From the NCBI GenBank assembly GCA_031416075.1, contig JANOSY010000017.1, forward strand, positions 135,388 to 199,387: a stretch of DNA of 64,000 nt, given 5' to 3'. The translations under genes were made by a program, and so were the position numbers. Of this stretch, positions 19,764-30,232 are shown in pieces. The stretch is from Candidatus Tenderia sp. (GTDB lineage: Bacteria; Pseudomonadota; Gammaproteobacteria; Tenderiales; Tenderiaceae). Each line of letters opens with the position of its first letter. Positions within the stretch are counted from its first letter, which is position 1. Under the pieces are notes generated by a model. The model did not search any database. It had not been told where the DNA came from and saw nothing but the letters and a program-made list of their open reading frames with translations.

Positions 19764-20498
19764 TTATTTACGTTCCACTATCACGTCCGGCTGGCCGTTA
19801 ATCTCGGTCATCGCGGCAATCATCCACTGCTCCGCCTGTTCATTGATCTGCGCGGCCTTAAGAGATTTACTATCGATCACCGGACCGATCTTGACACGAA
19901 TCACACCGGGCTTTTTAAGGAAGCCGTGACGCGGCCAGAAGTGACCGGCGTTATGGGCAACCGGCACCACCGGGTGACCACTCTTCTCCGCCAGCAACGC
20001 GCCGCCATAACCAAATTTGCGCATCGTGCCCGGCGCCATCCGCGTGCCTTCGGGGAAGATGATGAGCCAGCGCCCTTCATCGAGACAGATCTTGCCCAGC
20101 TCCACCAGCTGCTTGAGCGCCTGACGACCTGAGGCACGATCAATCGCTACTGGTTTAAGCAGCGCCAGACCCCAACCAAAAAACGGCACGCGCAGCAGCT
20201 CGCGTTTGAGCACCCAGGTCTGCGGCGGTAGAATCGCCTGCAACGCCAACGAATCCCAGGTGGAGGCGTGTTTGCATAAGACGATGGCAGTCTCAGACGG
20301 CAGATTTTCCAGCCCCTCAACCTCATAACTGAGATTACAGCTGAATTTAAGCCACTTGATATTGAGCCTGGCCCACTGACTGATGAGACGATAACGGGTG
20401 GCAAAACTGAACGGCCAGGTCAGTCCACCGAGCAGCGCAAAGATGATCGCCGTGATCACCATAAAGATAAAAAACAGTAATGAACGCAGATACAACAT
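19764..20498 (-). CDS. plsC: 1-acyl-sn-glycerol-3-phosphate acyltransferase
   Basis: KHASTWD (HxxxxD), FPEGTR; follows glyQS-gmhB. Confidence 0.92.
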   Translation of the reverse strand: MLYLRSLLFFIFMVITAIIFALLGGLTWPFSFATRYRLISQWARLNIKWLKFSCNLSYEVEGLENLPSETAIVLCKHASTWDSLALQAILPPQTWVLKRELLRVPFFGWGLALLKPVAIDRASGRQALKQLVELGKICLDEGRWLIIFPEGTRMAPGTMRKFGYGGALLAEKSGHPVVPVAHNAGHFWPRHGFLKKPGVIRVKIGPVIDSKSLKAAQINEQAEQWMIAAMTEINGQPDVIVERK

Positions 20499-20549
20499 AT
20501 GCGGCTATTCCCTAACGCTAATGCAACACCGCGACAACGGACGAGACCA

Positions 20550-21092
20550 TCACTGATCTTCCAGCAGCAGTGCATCCACCACTGCGGCGAGGTTGTCATA
20601 CACCTCCAACCCGGCGCGGTTGCCTAATGTTGCCAACGTCTGTTCACCCTTGCCAGTGCGCACCAATATCGGCCGGGCACCGACCACTTCGGCAGTTTGC
20701 AGATCACGCAATGAGTCACCGACTGCCGGTACGCCAGTCAGATCCACGCGCAGCCGTGTGCCGATGTCGCGAAACATACCCGCTTTGGGTTTACGACACT
20801 CACAGCCATCATCCGGTCCATGAGGACAGAAAAAAACAGCCTCGATGGCGCTACCCGCCTCTTTTACCAGTCGATGCATTTTGTCGTGTATGCGCATCAA
20901 GGTATCGATATCAAACAGGCCCCGCGCGATGCCGGACTGGTTGGTGGCAACCACTACGCGATAGTCGTTCATGGTAAGACGGGCGATCGCGTCGATGCTG
21001 CCGGGTAGTGGGGTCCACTCATCAACAGACTTGATAAACGCATCGGAGTCTTCGTTGATCACACCATCACGGTCGAGAATAATCAGTTTCAT
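20550..21092 (-). CDS. gmhB: D-glycero-manno-heptose 1,7-bisphosphate phosphatase
   Basis: LDRDGVIN, TNQSG, CPH...CECRKP, VGDS. Confidence 0.95.
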   Translation of the reverse strand: MKLIILDRDGVINEDSDAFIKSVDEWTPLPGSIDAIARLTMNDYRVVVATNQSGIARGLFDIDTLMRIHDKMHRLVKEAGSAIEAVFFCPHGPDDGCECRKPKAGMFRDIGTRLRVDLTGVPAVGDSLRDLQTAEVVGARPILVRTGKGEQTLATLGNRAGLEVYDNLAAVVDALLLEDQ

Positions 21093-21095
21093 TAT

Positions 21096-23180
21096 CTATC
21101 CCTGCAACCGTGAGACATCGGCAATCTGCATGAAGAGATTGCGTAACTGATTGAGCAGGGCCAAACGGTTGAGTTTCACCTGCTCATCCTCAGCCATCAC
21201 CATCACCTGGTCGAAAAAGGCATCAACCGGCTCACGCAGTGCCGCCATCTGTTGCAGTGCGCTGGCGTAGTCGAGCTGCTCCAACGCCGGTCTCACCGCC
21301 ACGGCCACTGCATCAATACGTTCGGCCAGCGCCTTTTCAGCTGCATCCTGCAACAGAGCGGTGGTGATAGCCGCAGGAATCTCGATACCACCCTCTTGCG
21401 CCTGACGCAGGATATTGGAGGCGCGTTTGTTGGCAGCGGCCAGCGACGCTGCCTCATTCAAACTACGGAAGGCATTGACGGCACGGACCCGCTGATCAAA
21501 GTCGTAAGGGCGTGTGGCGCGTACTGCTGACACTGCCTCAAAGATATCTACCGAGATTCCGGCATCGGTGTAGTAGACACGCAGACGTTCCATCATAAAA
21601 TCGAACAGCTGACCATCAACATGAGCGGGGAACTCACGACCACTGACACGGTAGTGAGCGATGCTCTCATCAATCAGCACCGTCAGATCAAGTGGCAACT
21701 GCTGCTCGATGATGCTGCGCAGCACCCCCAGCGCGGCACGCCGCAGTGCAAACGGATCTTTTGAACCGGTAGGCAGTTGGCCAATACCAAAGATACCCAC
21801 CAGCGTATCGAGTTTGTCGGCGATGGCGACCGCCTGGCCAATCACACCCTTGGGCAGCTCATCACCGGCAAAACGTGGCATGTACTGTTCATCCATGGCG
21901 TTGGCCACCGCTTCGTGTTCACCATCATGCTGCGCGTAGTAGCGCCCCATGATGCCCTGCAACTCGGGGAACTCGCCGACCATGTGGGTCATCAAATCAC
22001 ACTTGGCGAGCTGTCCGGCACGGATGCCATCCACTTTTTTACCACCCAGCTGCTCGGCAATAAAACCGGCCAGTGCGGCGATGCGTTCTGACTTATCAAA
22101 CACGGTGCCGAGCTGCTGCTGGAAGACGACGTTTTTCAATACTTCACGTTGTGATTCGAGCCTGCCTTTACGATCCTGATTCCAGAAAAATTCGGCATCG
22201 GTGAGACGTGGACGAATCACCCGCTCGTTACCACCGCGCACTGCCGACACATCTTTGCTTTCGATGTTGCTGACGGTGATGAAGTTGGGCATCAGCTTGC
22301 TGTGTTTATCAACGACGTGGAAATATTTCTGGTGCCCCTTCATCGCCGAGATCAACGCCTCGGCGGGCACGGCGAGGAAACGCTCCTCAAACGAACCGGC
22401 AATCGCCATCGGCCACTCAATCATGCCGGTCACCTCATCCAGCAGCGCATCATCGATCACCGCCGTGCCGCCCAGCTTGACGGCGGCGGCCTGCACCTGA
22501 CCACGAATCGCTTCACGGCGATCACCAAAGCTGGCCACAACACGCCCCTCGGTCTGGAGCAGCGGCGCATACGCGGCCGGTTCTGTTATGTAGAGTGTGG
22601 CGGGGTGGTGGAAGCGGTGGCCTCGAGTCTCACGGCCCGATTTCACCGCCAGCATCTCCGCATCGATCACTTCGTTACCCAACAGCAGTACCAGCCAGTG
22701 CACCGGACGGACAAATTCAGCGCTAAGATCGCCCCAACGCATCCGCTTTGGAATCGGCAGTGTATCGAGTGACTGCTGCACAATGGCAGGGATCAACGCC
22801 TGAGTGGGTTTACCTTTCTCCATGCCGCGATAGACCAGCCAGCTGCCCTTGTCGGTTTCGAATCGTTCCAGCAGATCCATGGTGACACCACAGGATGCAG
22901 CAAAACCGAGCGCCGCTTTGGTGGGACCATCAGGGCCAAAGGCGGCTTGCAGTGCAGGGCCACGACGCTCGGTGGCCTTGTCGGGTTGGGCAGTGGCGAG
23001 TGCCTCAATCCACACCGCCAGGCGCCGTGGCGCGGCATAACTGTGCACAACCCCATGTTGCAGACCGGCCTTGGCAAACCCTTCGACGATGCCGTTAGTG
23101 AAGGCCTCTGAAAGTTTTTTCAGCGCCTTGGGTGGCAACTCTTCAGTACCCAGTTCGACCAGAAAATCGCGTGTAGTCAT
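21096..23180 (-). CDS. glyS: Glycyl-tRNA synthetase beta subunit
   Basis: FLVELGTEELPP, PKRMRWG, EFPELQG, GSKDPFALRR. Confidence 0.99.
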   Translation of the reverse strand: MTTRDFLVELGTEELPPKALKKLSEAFTNGIVEGFAKAGLQHGVVHSYAAPRRLAVWIEALATAQPDKATERRGPALQAAFGPDGPTKAALGFAASCGVTMDLLERFETDKGSWLVYRGMEKGKPTQALIPAIVQQSLDTLPIPKRMRWGDLSAEFVRPVHWLVLLLGNEVIDAEMLAVKSGRETRGHRFHHPATLYITEPAAYAPLLQTEGRVVASFGDRREAIRGQVQAAAVKLGGTAVIDDALLDEVTGMIEWPMAIAGSFEERFLAVPAEALISAMKGHQKYFHVVDKHSKLMPNFITVSNIESKDVSAVRGGNERVIRPRLTDAEFFWNQDRKGRLESQREVLKNVVFQQQLGTVFDKSERIAALAGFIAEQLGGKKVDGIRAGQLAKCDLMTHMVGEFPELQGIMGRYYAQHDGEHEAVANAMDEQYMPRFAGDELPKGVIGQAVAIADKLDTLVGIFGIGQLPTGSKDPFALRRAALGVLRSIIEQQLPLDLTVLIDESIAHYRVSGREFPAHVDGQLFDFMMERLRVYYTDAGISVDIFEAVSAVRATRPYDFDQRVRAVNAFRSLNEAASLAAANKRASNILRQAQEGGIEIPAAITTALLQDAAEKALAERIDAVAVAVRPALEQLDYASALQQMAALREPVDAFFDQVMVMAEDEQVKLNRLALLNQLRNLFMQIADVSRLQG

Positions 23181-24146
23181 TTAGTTTTTCTCCCCTTTCA
23201 AATTACTTTTCAACATGGGGAACCCCAGCGCTTCACGGCGGGCGTAGTAGACCTCAGCGACGGCACGCGCCAGCACCCGCACACGACCAATGAAACGGGC
23301 ACGTTCGGTCACGGAGATAGCACGACGGGCATCGAGCATATTAAATGTGTGCGACGCCTTCATCATCTGCTCGTAAGCGGGCAGTGGCAGTCCTAGCTCT
23401 ATCAGTTTGCCGCTCTCTTTTTCGCAGACGTCGAACCACTGGAACAGGGCCTCGACGTTGGCGTGTTCAAAGTTGTAAGCGGACTGCTCCACTTCATTCT
23501 GGTGGAAGACATCGCCGTAGGTGACATCGCCACCATCACCATCAGCAGCACCGCGGGTCCAGATCAAGTCGTAGACGCTGTCCACACCCTGGATGTACAT
23601 CGCCAGACGCTCTAGGCCGTAGGTGATCTCGCCGGTGACAGGTTTGCAGTCGAGTCCGCCGACCTGCTGGAAGTAGGTGAACTGCGTCACCTCCATACCG
23701 TTGAGCCACACCTCCCAGCCGAGACCCCATGCGCCGAGTGTGGGTGACTCCCAGTTATCTTCAACAAAGCGGATGTCATGCACCAGCGGATCAAAACCGA
23801 GCAGCTTCAGCGAACCAAGGTACAGTTCCTGAATCTCAAGCGGTGAGGGTTTAAGCACTACCTGGAACTGATAATAGTGTTGCAGACGGTTGGGGTTTTC
23901 GCCGTAACGGCCATCGGTGGGACGACGCGACGGCTGCACATAGGCGGCACGCCAAGGCTCCGGACCCATGGCGCGCAGGAAGGTGGCGGTGTGGAAAGTC
24001 CCGGCGCCCACCTCCATGTCGTAGGGCTGCAATACCACACACCCCTGCTCGGCCCAGTAACTTTGCAGGGCCATGATCAGTCCCTGAAAGGTGGAAATAT
24101 CGTACTCGGCAGCAACGCTGCGCGGACTGTTGGTCACCACAATCAC
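23181..24146 (-). CDS. glyQ: Glycyl-tRNA synthetase alpha subunit
   Basis: [34 protein letters not shown]; exact start uncertain. Confidence 0.99.
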   Translation of the reverse strand: MIVVTNSPRSVAAEYDISTFQGLIMALQSYWAEQGCVVLQPYDMEVGAGTFHTATFLRAMGPEPWRAAYVQPSRRPTDGRYGENPNRLQHYYQFQVVLKPSPLEIQELYLGSLKLLGFDPLVHDIRFVEDNWESPTLGAWGLGWEVWLNGMEVTQFTYFQQVGGLDCKPVTGEITYGLERLAMYIQGVDSVYDLIWTRGAADGDGGDVTYGDVFHQNEVEQSAYNFEHANVEALFQWFDVCEKESGKLIELGLPLPAYEQMMKASHTFNMLDARRAISVTERARFIGRVRVLARAVAEVYYARREALGFPMLKSNLKGEKN

Positions 24147-24216
24147 CCCTTGGATAGTCTTGTCTGCGTAAAAACGGGGGATTATACCCTCTGCCCGCCC
24201 TGGGTGGCAGCCGCGC

Positions 24217-25164
24217 TTATCGCAGCATCAGCCCGAGGTTAAGCGACAGCGACTCCCAGTTCACCTCATTCAGGCGTGTACTACCCACATCACCGTCCGA
24301 AAAGTAGATGGTGTCTACGCCATGATCAGTAGTCCAATTGCCATAGTCGACCCCCACCAGCCACGAGATATGCCTGTTCAGCGGCGACGTAACATTAAAG
24401 GCAACCGTCACACCCTGGCCATTCGCACTATGTGTGTAGCTTTTAGGGTGGGCAAAATCGGTCCGCAGATTCCAGTCCGCCACCGCGTCGTAGCGCACCA
24501 TATGGTATTTCACATCCAGCACCAGCTTTAGCCCGCTGGCCAACGACTCATTCACAAAACTCATCCCACCCCATACACCGCGCCACTCGGTATCATAACT
24601 GGAGTTCAGCCCCGCAAAAGGCCCAAGTGACGGCGGATCGTTATAGGGGTCCATGGTTTGATTGCCGTTAAACATCGTCAGCTCCTGACGGTGCATCGAA
24701 TAACCGGCCATGGGCATCAGATACCCCCGATAACCCCGCGAAGCAGGGGCTTCCAACCGATAACCTACTCCGACACTGGCATCGGCAATACGTCCCCCCG
24801 CCCCGTTATTGGAACGGGAAAACTCGGCCTGACGGTTATCCAGAAAGTAATCAGAGTCCTGATTGGCACCCGAATCGATATCACCGTATCCCCCGCTTCC
24901 AAACAGGTGGAGTGCGCCACTGCTCAGATCCAGCTTGAGTTTGGTCTGCCGCGTCACCAGGTTGTTCCAGGTCAATTCAGAGAGAATATTTGGGCTCTGG
25001 CCGTTGCCCTGGCCCGCAATGGTCCAGTCTAATCTGTCAACACGATACCCACGCTCCGCCGTCAACTCGAACCCCTGCCCGGCCTCGCCCGGCTCAGCTG
25101 CCGCGCCCTGACAAACGCCTGTACCTACCAATAAAATCACCACCCATCGCCTGTTACTCATCAT
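24217..25164 (-). CDS. Outer-membrane beta-barrel, omptin-like
   Basis: Signal peptide, NILSELTW and NQDSDY motifs reminiscent of omptins, terminal beta-strand [10 protein letters not shown]. Confidence 0.55.
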   Translation of the reverse strand: MMSNRRWVVILLVGTGVCQGAAAEPGEAGQGFELTAERGYRVDRLDWTIAGQGNGQSPNILSELTWNNLVTRQTKLKLDLSSGALHLFGSGGYGDIDSGANQDSDYFLDNRQAEFSRSNNGAGGRIADASVGVGYRLEAPASRGYRGYLMPMAGYSMHRQELTMFNGNQTMDPYNDPPSLGPFAGLNSSYDTEWRGVWGGMSFVNESLASGLKLVLDVKYHMVRYDAVADWNLRTDFAHPKSYTHSANGQGVTVAFNVTSPLNRHISWLVGVDYGNWTTDHGVDTIYFSDGDVGSTRLNEVNWESLSLNLGLMLR

Positions 25165-25302
25165 CTTTTCCCATGTACACCCACCATTATCGCCCAGACC
25201 AAGTCATACCCGATCTTTTACCCATAAATTCAAAACACTATTCAAGAGAGACTACATTACAGCCGATTTACCCTATGTAAAGTGCAAAATAGGGACGCTG
25301 CC

Positions 25303-25914
25303 ATGAACCATATCGTCACTGAGAACCACATCGTCACAGAGCCGACTGCCACCGCCCAATGGCAACACCTGGTACACGAGGCTGAAACGCGGGCACACCG
25401 CACCCTCGGGGAGACTCTGGAGAGTTATCTTGTCTTCACCCTCATGCGTTTCACCCAGCGCCCCCAGCTGCTGGAAGGCATTATGGCCCTGGAATTTCTC
25501 AACAGCCTCAATACACAAGGCACCCAGCGCCACAACAACCTACGGGATGTGGGCGACCAGTGCCTGCTGTTTGCCGGTCTGTTCCCCCAAAATGCCCGCC
25601 GTCGCCTGGTCCGGATTGGCTATTTTGTCAGTCTCGGACGTAGCGCCTACCAGCAAATTCACGACAATCAACGACATACTACCGCCAAGCTCTACGGTCA
25701 GCTAGCCTCAGACTTTATCGCCATGATGGATGTCCTACTGGCCATACGCAGTATCAACCCTGCCAATGTCGTGCTGTCACCTCTGGAAGCCTTTGAATTA
25801 TGGGAAGATACCGGCAGTCAGCAGGCCCGCGCCTCGCTGGCACAACGGACAACGGCAGCACCCATCGCCAGCCGCCACCCCCTTAAACACGACGCCAGCC
25901 CCCGCCACCATTAA
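25303..25914 (+). CDS. Conserved hypothetical protein
   Basis: ESYLVFTL and LRDVGDQCLLFAGLFP...YFVSLGRSAY motif typical of a gammaproteobacterial conserved family. Confidence 0.75.
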   Translation: MNHIVTENHIVTEPTATAQWQHLVHEAETRAHRTLGETLESYLVFTLMRFTQRPQLLEGIMALEFLNSLNTQGTQRHNNLRDVGDQCLLFAGLFPQNARRRLVRIGYFVSLGRSAYQQIHDNQRHTTAKLYGQLASDFIAMMDVLLAIRSINPANVVLSPLEAFELWEDTGSQQARASLAQRTTAAPIASRHPLKHDASPRHH

Positions 25915-25988
25915 GTAACTCGTCGTCCGGCGGCCAAATTTGGTATATTTGGCCGCCTTTCTATCTCAAGCAACCAAACAAACCCCCC

Positions 25989-27035
25989 ATGTCAAAACAG
26001 ATCAAAGCAGTAGCCCTCATCTCTGGCGGCCTCGACTCCATGCTCGCCGTACGCGCCATGCAGGACCAGGGCATCCACATCGAAGGGATCAATTTCTACA
26101 CCGGCTTCTGCGTTGAGGGACACACCCACGCCATCCGCAAACAGGATCAGAACAAACAGAAACGCAACAACGCGCTGTGGGTGGCGGAACAACTTGGCAT
26201 CAAGCTGCACATTATCGATGTGATCGAGGAGTACAAAGATGTACTCATCAACCCCAAACATGGCTACGGCGCCAACATGAACCCCTGCCTCGACTGCAAG
26301 ACCTTTATGGTGCGCAAGGCGATGGAGTGGATCAAAGAGAACGAATTTGACTTCATCATCACCGGTGAGGTGGTCGGGCAGCGCCCCATGTCGCAGCGTA
26401 AAGACACCATGCAGATAGTGGTCAAGGAGTCCGGTGCCGGCGGTCTGTTGGTACGGCCACTCTGCGCCCAGAACCTGGCACCGACACTGCCCGAGCAAGA
26501 GGGGTGGATCGACCGTGAAAAGATGCTCGGCTTCAATGGCCGTTCACGCAAACCGCAGATTGCCCTGGCCGAAGAGTACGGCTTTACCGACTTTGCCCAG
26601 CCCGCGGGGGGTTGCTGCTTTCTTACGGATGAGAGCTACTCCAAAAAACTGGTCGACCTCTGGCAAGTACAAGGCCACAAAGAGTATGAGTTTGACGATA
26701 TAATGCTGCTAAAAGTCGGCCGTCATATTCGGCCATCGCCCCTCTACAAACTCATTGTCGGGCGTGAAGAGGGAGAGAACCGCTTCATGGAGGGGTACCG
26801 CAACCGCTTTGACTACTTTTTTAACAGCAGCCACCCCGGCCCACTGGTACTGATGGACGGTCAGCTCAATACCCCAGAAGATATCGAACTGGCCGCCCGG
26901 GTTGTCGCCCGTTTTGGTCAGGGACGTGACGCAGAACAGGTGACCGTCACCTACACACCCTTGCAGGGTGCCCCACAATCAATCACCGTCAAACCCTTTA
27001 CCGCCGACGAGATGCCCAAGGAGTGGTACATATGA
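25989..27035 (+). CDS. PP-loop tRNA sulfurtransferase-like protein (ThiI/MnmA/TtcA-like with DUF814-type tail)
   Basis: SGGLDS PP-loop, NPCLDCK, TGEVVGQRPMSQ, PAGGCC, KVGRH, IVGREEGEN. Confidence 0.85.
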   Translation: MSKQIKAVALISGGLDSMLAVRAMQDQGIHIEGINFYTGFCVEGHTHAIRKQDQNKQKRNNALWVAEQLGIKLHIIDVIEEYKDVLINPKHGYGANMNPCLDCKTFMVRKAMEWIKENEFDFIITGEVVGQRPMSQRKDTMQIVVKESGAGGLLVRPLCAQNLAPTLPEQEGWIDREKMLGFNGRSRKPQIALAEEYGFTDFAQPAGGCCFLTDESYSKKLVDLWQVQGHKEYEFDDIMLLKVGRHIRPSPLYKLIVGREEGENRFMEGYRNRFDYFFNSSHPGPLVLMDGQLNTPEDIELAARVVARFGQGRDAEQVTVTYTPLQGAPQSITVKPFTADEMPKEWYI

Positions 27036-27271
27036 GCACACCACAACAGACCCTGGATGTACGTGGCCATCTCTGCCCCATCCCCGTCATTCGTACCCAG
27101 AACCATGCAAAAAAACTTGCAGCGGGGGATATACTGGAGGTACTGTGCACGGACCCGGGTGTTACCAGCGATATTCCAGCATGGTGCCGCATCAGTGGCC
27201 ACCGCGTGATCAGCATAGAGACACGCGACGGTGCCATCGTTGTCACAATTATGATTGGTAACGAGCGCTAA
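27032..27271 (+). CDS. TusA family sulfur carrier
   Basis: LDVRGHLCPIPV, DIPAWC; overlaps the upstream stop. Confidence 0.92.
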   Translation: MSTPQQTLDVRGHLCPIPVIRTQNHAKKLAAGDILEVLCTDPGVTSDIPAWCRISGHRVISIETRDGAIVVTIMIGNER

Positions 27272-27274
27272 GGA

Positions 27275-27322
27275 AGCGCCAAAATAGGGCAAAAAATCCA
27301 GCGAACGCACCAAAAAGACGCC
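27275..27322. promoter_or_regulatory. Tandem NtrC-binding sites (glnA enhancer)
   Basis: AGCGCCAAAATAGGGCA (27275-27291) and CGCACCAAAAAGACGCC (27306-27322) resemble TGCACC-N5-GGTGCA; 31 bp apart. Confidence 0.7.
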
Positions 27323-27388
27323 CGCAGGATTTTTATAGAAAATTACTAGTTCATTGTTACAGTTCGACTTTTGTCACTCCAAAACATG

Positions 27389-27403
27389 TGGCATATTTCC
27401 TGC
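27389..27403 (+). promoter_or_regulatory. Sigma-54 promoter of glnA
   Basis: TGGCATATTTCCTGC has GG-N10-GC spacing. Confidence 0.8.
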
Positions 27404-27505
27404 TGTAGTTCTGAACTCAAAATAATGCCGTACCAACAGGTACGGTCAGTGTTAACCTTGGCAACCTAAAAAACTGTTCACGAGCCTTTCGCAGGGAGAA
27501 AAGCA

Positions 27506-28912
27506 ATGTCAGCTGCTGTGCTTAATATGATCAAAGAGAACGACGTAAAATTCGTCGACTTCCGTTTCACCGATACCCATGGCAAAGAGCAACACCTCTC
27601 TATACCTGCCAAAACCCTCGTCGCCGATGACTTCAAAGATGGCCGCATGTTTGACGGCTCCTCCATCGCCGGCTGGAAGGGTATTGAAGCGTCCGACATG
27701 GTGCTGCTGCCTGATGCCAACACCGCTGTGCTCGACCCCTTTGCTGACGAGACCCAGCTTATCCTCCGCTGTGACATTCTCGAACCCAATACCATGACCG
27801 GTTACGAACGTGACCCACGCTCTGTTGCCAGACGTGCTGAAGAGTACCTGAAGTCAACCGGTATCGCCGACACCGCCTTCTTTGGCCCTGAGCCAGAGTT
27901 TTTCATTTTTGACGATGTCCGCTGGGGTGCCGACATGAGCGGCTGCTTCGTGAAGATCGACTCCGAAGAGGCCGACTGGAACTCCGAAAAGGTTTACCCA
28001 GGTGGCAACATGGGTCATCGCCCCAATACCAAGGGCGGCTACTTTCCCGTCCCACCGGTCGACAGCCTGCACGACGTCCGTGCCGCCATGTGTCTGGCAC
28101 TGGAAGAGATGGGTGTTGAGGTTGAAGTTCACCACCACGAAGTGGCCACTGCTGGCCAGTGCGAAATTGGTACCAAATACAGCACACTGGTAGACCGCGC
28201 CGATAAAACCCAGATCATGAAGTTTGTCATCCACAACGTTGCCCACGCCTACGGCAAGACTGCTACTTTCATGCCTAAGCCGATGGTTGGCGACAACGGC
28301 TCTGGAATGCATGTGCACCAGTCACTGGCCAAAGATGGCGTTAACCTCTTCAGCGGCAACCTCTACGGTGGCCTCTCTGAAATGGCACTCTTCTACATCG
28401 GCGGTATCATCAAACACGCCAAGGCGCTGAACGCCATCACCAACCCGACCACCAACAGCTACAAACGCCTGGTGCCGCATTACGAAGCCCCGGTATTGCT
28501 GGCCTACTCCGCCCGCAACCGCTCCGCCTCGATCCGCATTCCGTTTGTTGCCAATCCCAGAGGCCGTCGTATCGAAGTGCGCTTCCCTGACCCCATGGCC
28601 AACTCCTACCTGGCCTTCTCCGCCATGTTGATGGCCGGCCTGGACGGTATCCAGAACAAGATTCACCCCGGCGACGCCATGGATAAAAACCTCTATGACC
28701 TGCCAGCAGAAGAGCTGAAGAACATACCGCACGTCTGCCACTCACTGGATCAGGCCCTGGATGCCCTGGACCAGGATCGCGAGTTCCTGACCCGTGGCGG
28801 CGTCTTCACCGACGATATGATCAACGCCTACATCGACCTGAAGATGCAGGACGTGCAGCGCATCCGCATGACCACTCACCCGGTTGAGTTCGACATGTAC
28901 TACAGCCTGTAA
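27506..28912 (+). CDS. glnA: Glutamine synthetase type I
   Basis: [36 protein letters not shown] adenylylation site. Confidence 0.99.
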   Translation: MSAAVLNMIKENDVKFVDFRFTDTHGKEQHLSIPAKTLVADDFKDGRMFDGSSIAGWKGIEASDMVLLPDANTAVLDPFADETQLILRCDILEPNTMTGYERDPRSVARRAEEYLKSTGIADTAFFGPEPEFFIFDDVRWGADMSGCFVKIDSEEADWNSEKVYPGGNMGHRPNTKGGYFPVPPVDSLHDVRAAMCLALEEMGVEVEVHHHEVATAGQCEIGTKYSTLVDRADKTQIMKFVIHNVAHAYGKTATFMPKPMVGDNGSGMHVHQSLAKDGVNLFSGNLYGGLSEMALFYIGGIIKHAKALNAITNPTTNSYKRLVPHYEAPVLLAYSARNRSASIRIPFVANPRGRRIEVRFPDPMANSYLAFSAMLMAGLDGIQNKIHPGDAMDKNLYDLPAEELKNIPHVCHSLDQALDALDQDREFLTRGGVFTDDMINAYIDLKMQDVQRIRMTTHPVEFDMYYSL

Positions 28913-28937
28913 GCTTGTTCCTATAGTTGTTGTTTGT

Positions 28938-28967
28938 AAAAAAGCCTCCGCTTGCGGGGGCTTTTTT
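28938..28967 (+). terminator. Intrinsic terminator after glnA
   Basis: AAAAAGCCTCCGC-TT-GCGGGGGCTTTTT. Confidence 0.8.
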
Positions 28968-28983
28968 ATTGATGAAGATTAAA

Positions 28984-29000
28984 TGCACCACTTAAGTGCA
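28984..29000. promoter_or_regulatory. NtrC-binding site upstream of glnL
   Basis: TGCACCACTTAAGTGCA, close to consensus. Confidence 0.8.
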
Positions 29001-29128
29001 AACATTTACAATCGATGCATGGAAGGGTGGCGAAAAGTACTTGCCGTGACTTAACATCATTAACAAAAAATCTTCAACCACCTGTTTTTAAACATATTTA
29101 AATCTAAACAAACAGCCCGACACCAAAC

Positions 29129-29143
29129 TGGCTTGGAGTTTGC
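29129..29143 (+). promoter_or_regulatory. Candidate sigma-54 promoter of glnL-glnG
   Basis: TGGCTTGGAGTTTGC (GG-N10-GC), about 130 bp downstream of the NtrC site. Confidence 0.6.
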
Positions 29144-29158
29144 TACAGCAGGTACATC

Positions 29159-30232
29159 ATGGCCAAAGCATTTAATCAAGGCGCACTCTTCAAGCGCATT
29201 CTGGAAAATACTAACGAGGCAATCCTGGTATTTGACCAAGTGCTACACCTCACCTGGCTCAATCCGGCGGCTGAAATGCTCTTTGCCATTAGCGTCCGCC
29301 GCGCCCAAGGCCAAGCACTCCACACCCTGTTTAATGACATCAACAACTTCAGTGACCATGTCAAACAGGCGCTGGCCAGCAACCACCCCTTTACAGAGCG
29401 GGAACGGGTATTTCATCTGCATCACGAACGTCTGGTTACCGCTGACTGCACCGTAACCCCATTGCAAGACGCACAATCGGGGGCGGCGATATTAGTTGAG
29501 CTTAACCAAGTGGACCGTCAGCTACGTATCGCCCGTGAAGAACACCTGTTGGCACAACACAGCGCCACCCGCGAGGTTATTCGCGGCCTGGCCCACGAAA
29601 TCAAAAACCCCCTGGGTGGGCTGCGAGGTGCCGCACAACTGCTGGAAGCGGAGCTCGACAGCGATGTACTCAAGGAGTATACCGGCATTATCATTCAAGA
29701 AGCCGACCGTCTCCGTAACCTGATGAATCGAATGCTCGGCCCCAATACCCTGCCGCAGAAACGCAACATTAACATTCATGAGCAGCTGGAACATGTACGC
29801 CAACTGGTAAAAAACGACTGCCCGCCAAACATAGAGCTATTGCGTGACTACGACCCCAGCGTACCCGATCTGTTTGCCGATCCCGACCTGATCATCCAGG
29901 CACTGCTCAATCTGGTGCGTAATGCTATTCAGGCGCTCGAGAGCGGCGGTAACATTACCCTACGAACACGTTGCCAGCGCCAGATCACCATTGGTCATAC
30001 ACGCCACAAACTGGTGGCCAGCATTGAGATTATCGATAACGGCAGCGGTATTGCCACCGACATGGTTGATAAAATTTTCTACCCCATGGTGACCGGTCGT
30101 GCCGATGGCACCGGATTGGGGCTGCCCATCGCCCAAGCACTGATCCACCAGCATGACGGTCTGATTGAGTGCAACAGCCGCCCTGGCGAAACCATCTTTA
30201 CCATTTTAATTCCCCTGGAGACACACCCATGA
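29159..30232 (+). CDS. glnL: Nitrogen regulation histidine kinase NtrB
   Basis: PAS domain, LAHEIKNPLGGLRGAAQLL, RDYDPS, GTGLGL. Confidence 0.97.
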   Translation: MAKAFNQGALFKRILENTNEAILVFDQVLHLTWLNPAAEMLFAISVRRAQGQALHTLFNDINNFSDHVKQALASNHPFTERERVFHLHHERLVTADCTVTPLQDAQSGAAILVELNQVDRQLRIAREEHLLAQHSATREVIRGLAHEIKNPLGGLRGAAQLLEAELDSDVLKEYTGIIIQEADRLRNLMNRMLGPNTLPQKRNINIHEQLEHVRQLVKNDCPPNIELLRDYDPSVPDLFADPDLIIQALLNLVRNAIQALESGGNITLRTRCQRQITIGHTRHKLVASIEIIDNGSGIATDMVDKIFYPMVTGRADGTGLGLPIAQALIHQHDGLIECNSRPGETIFTILIPLETHP

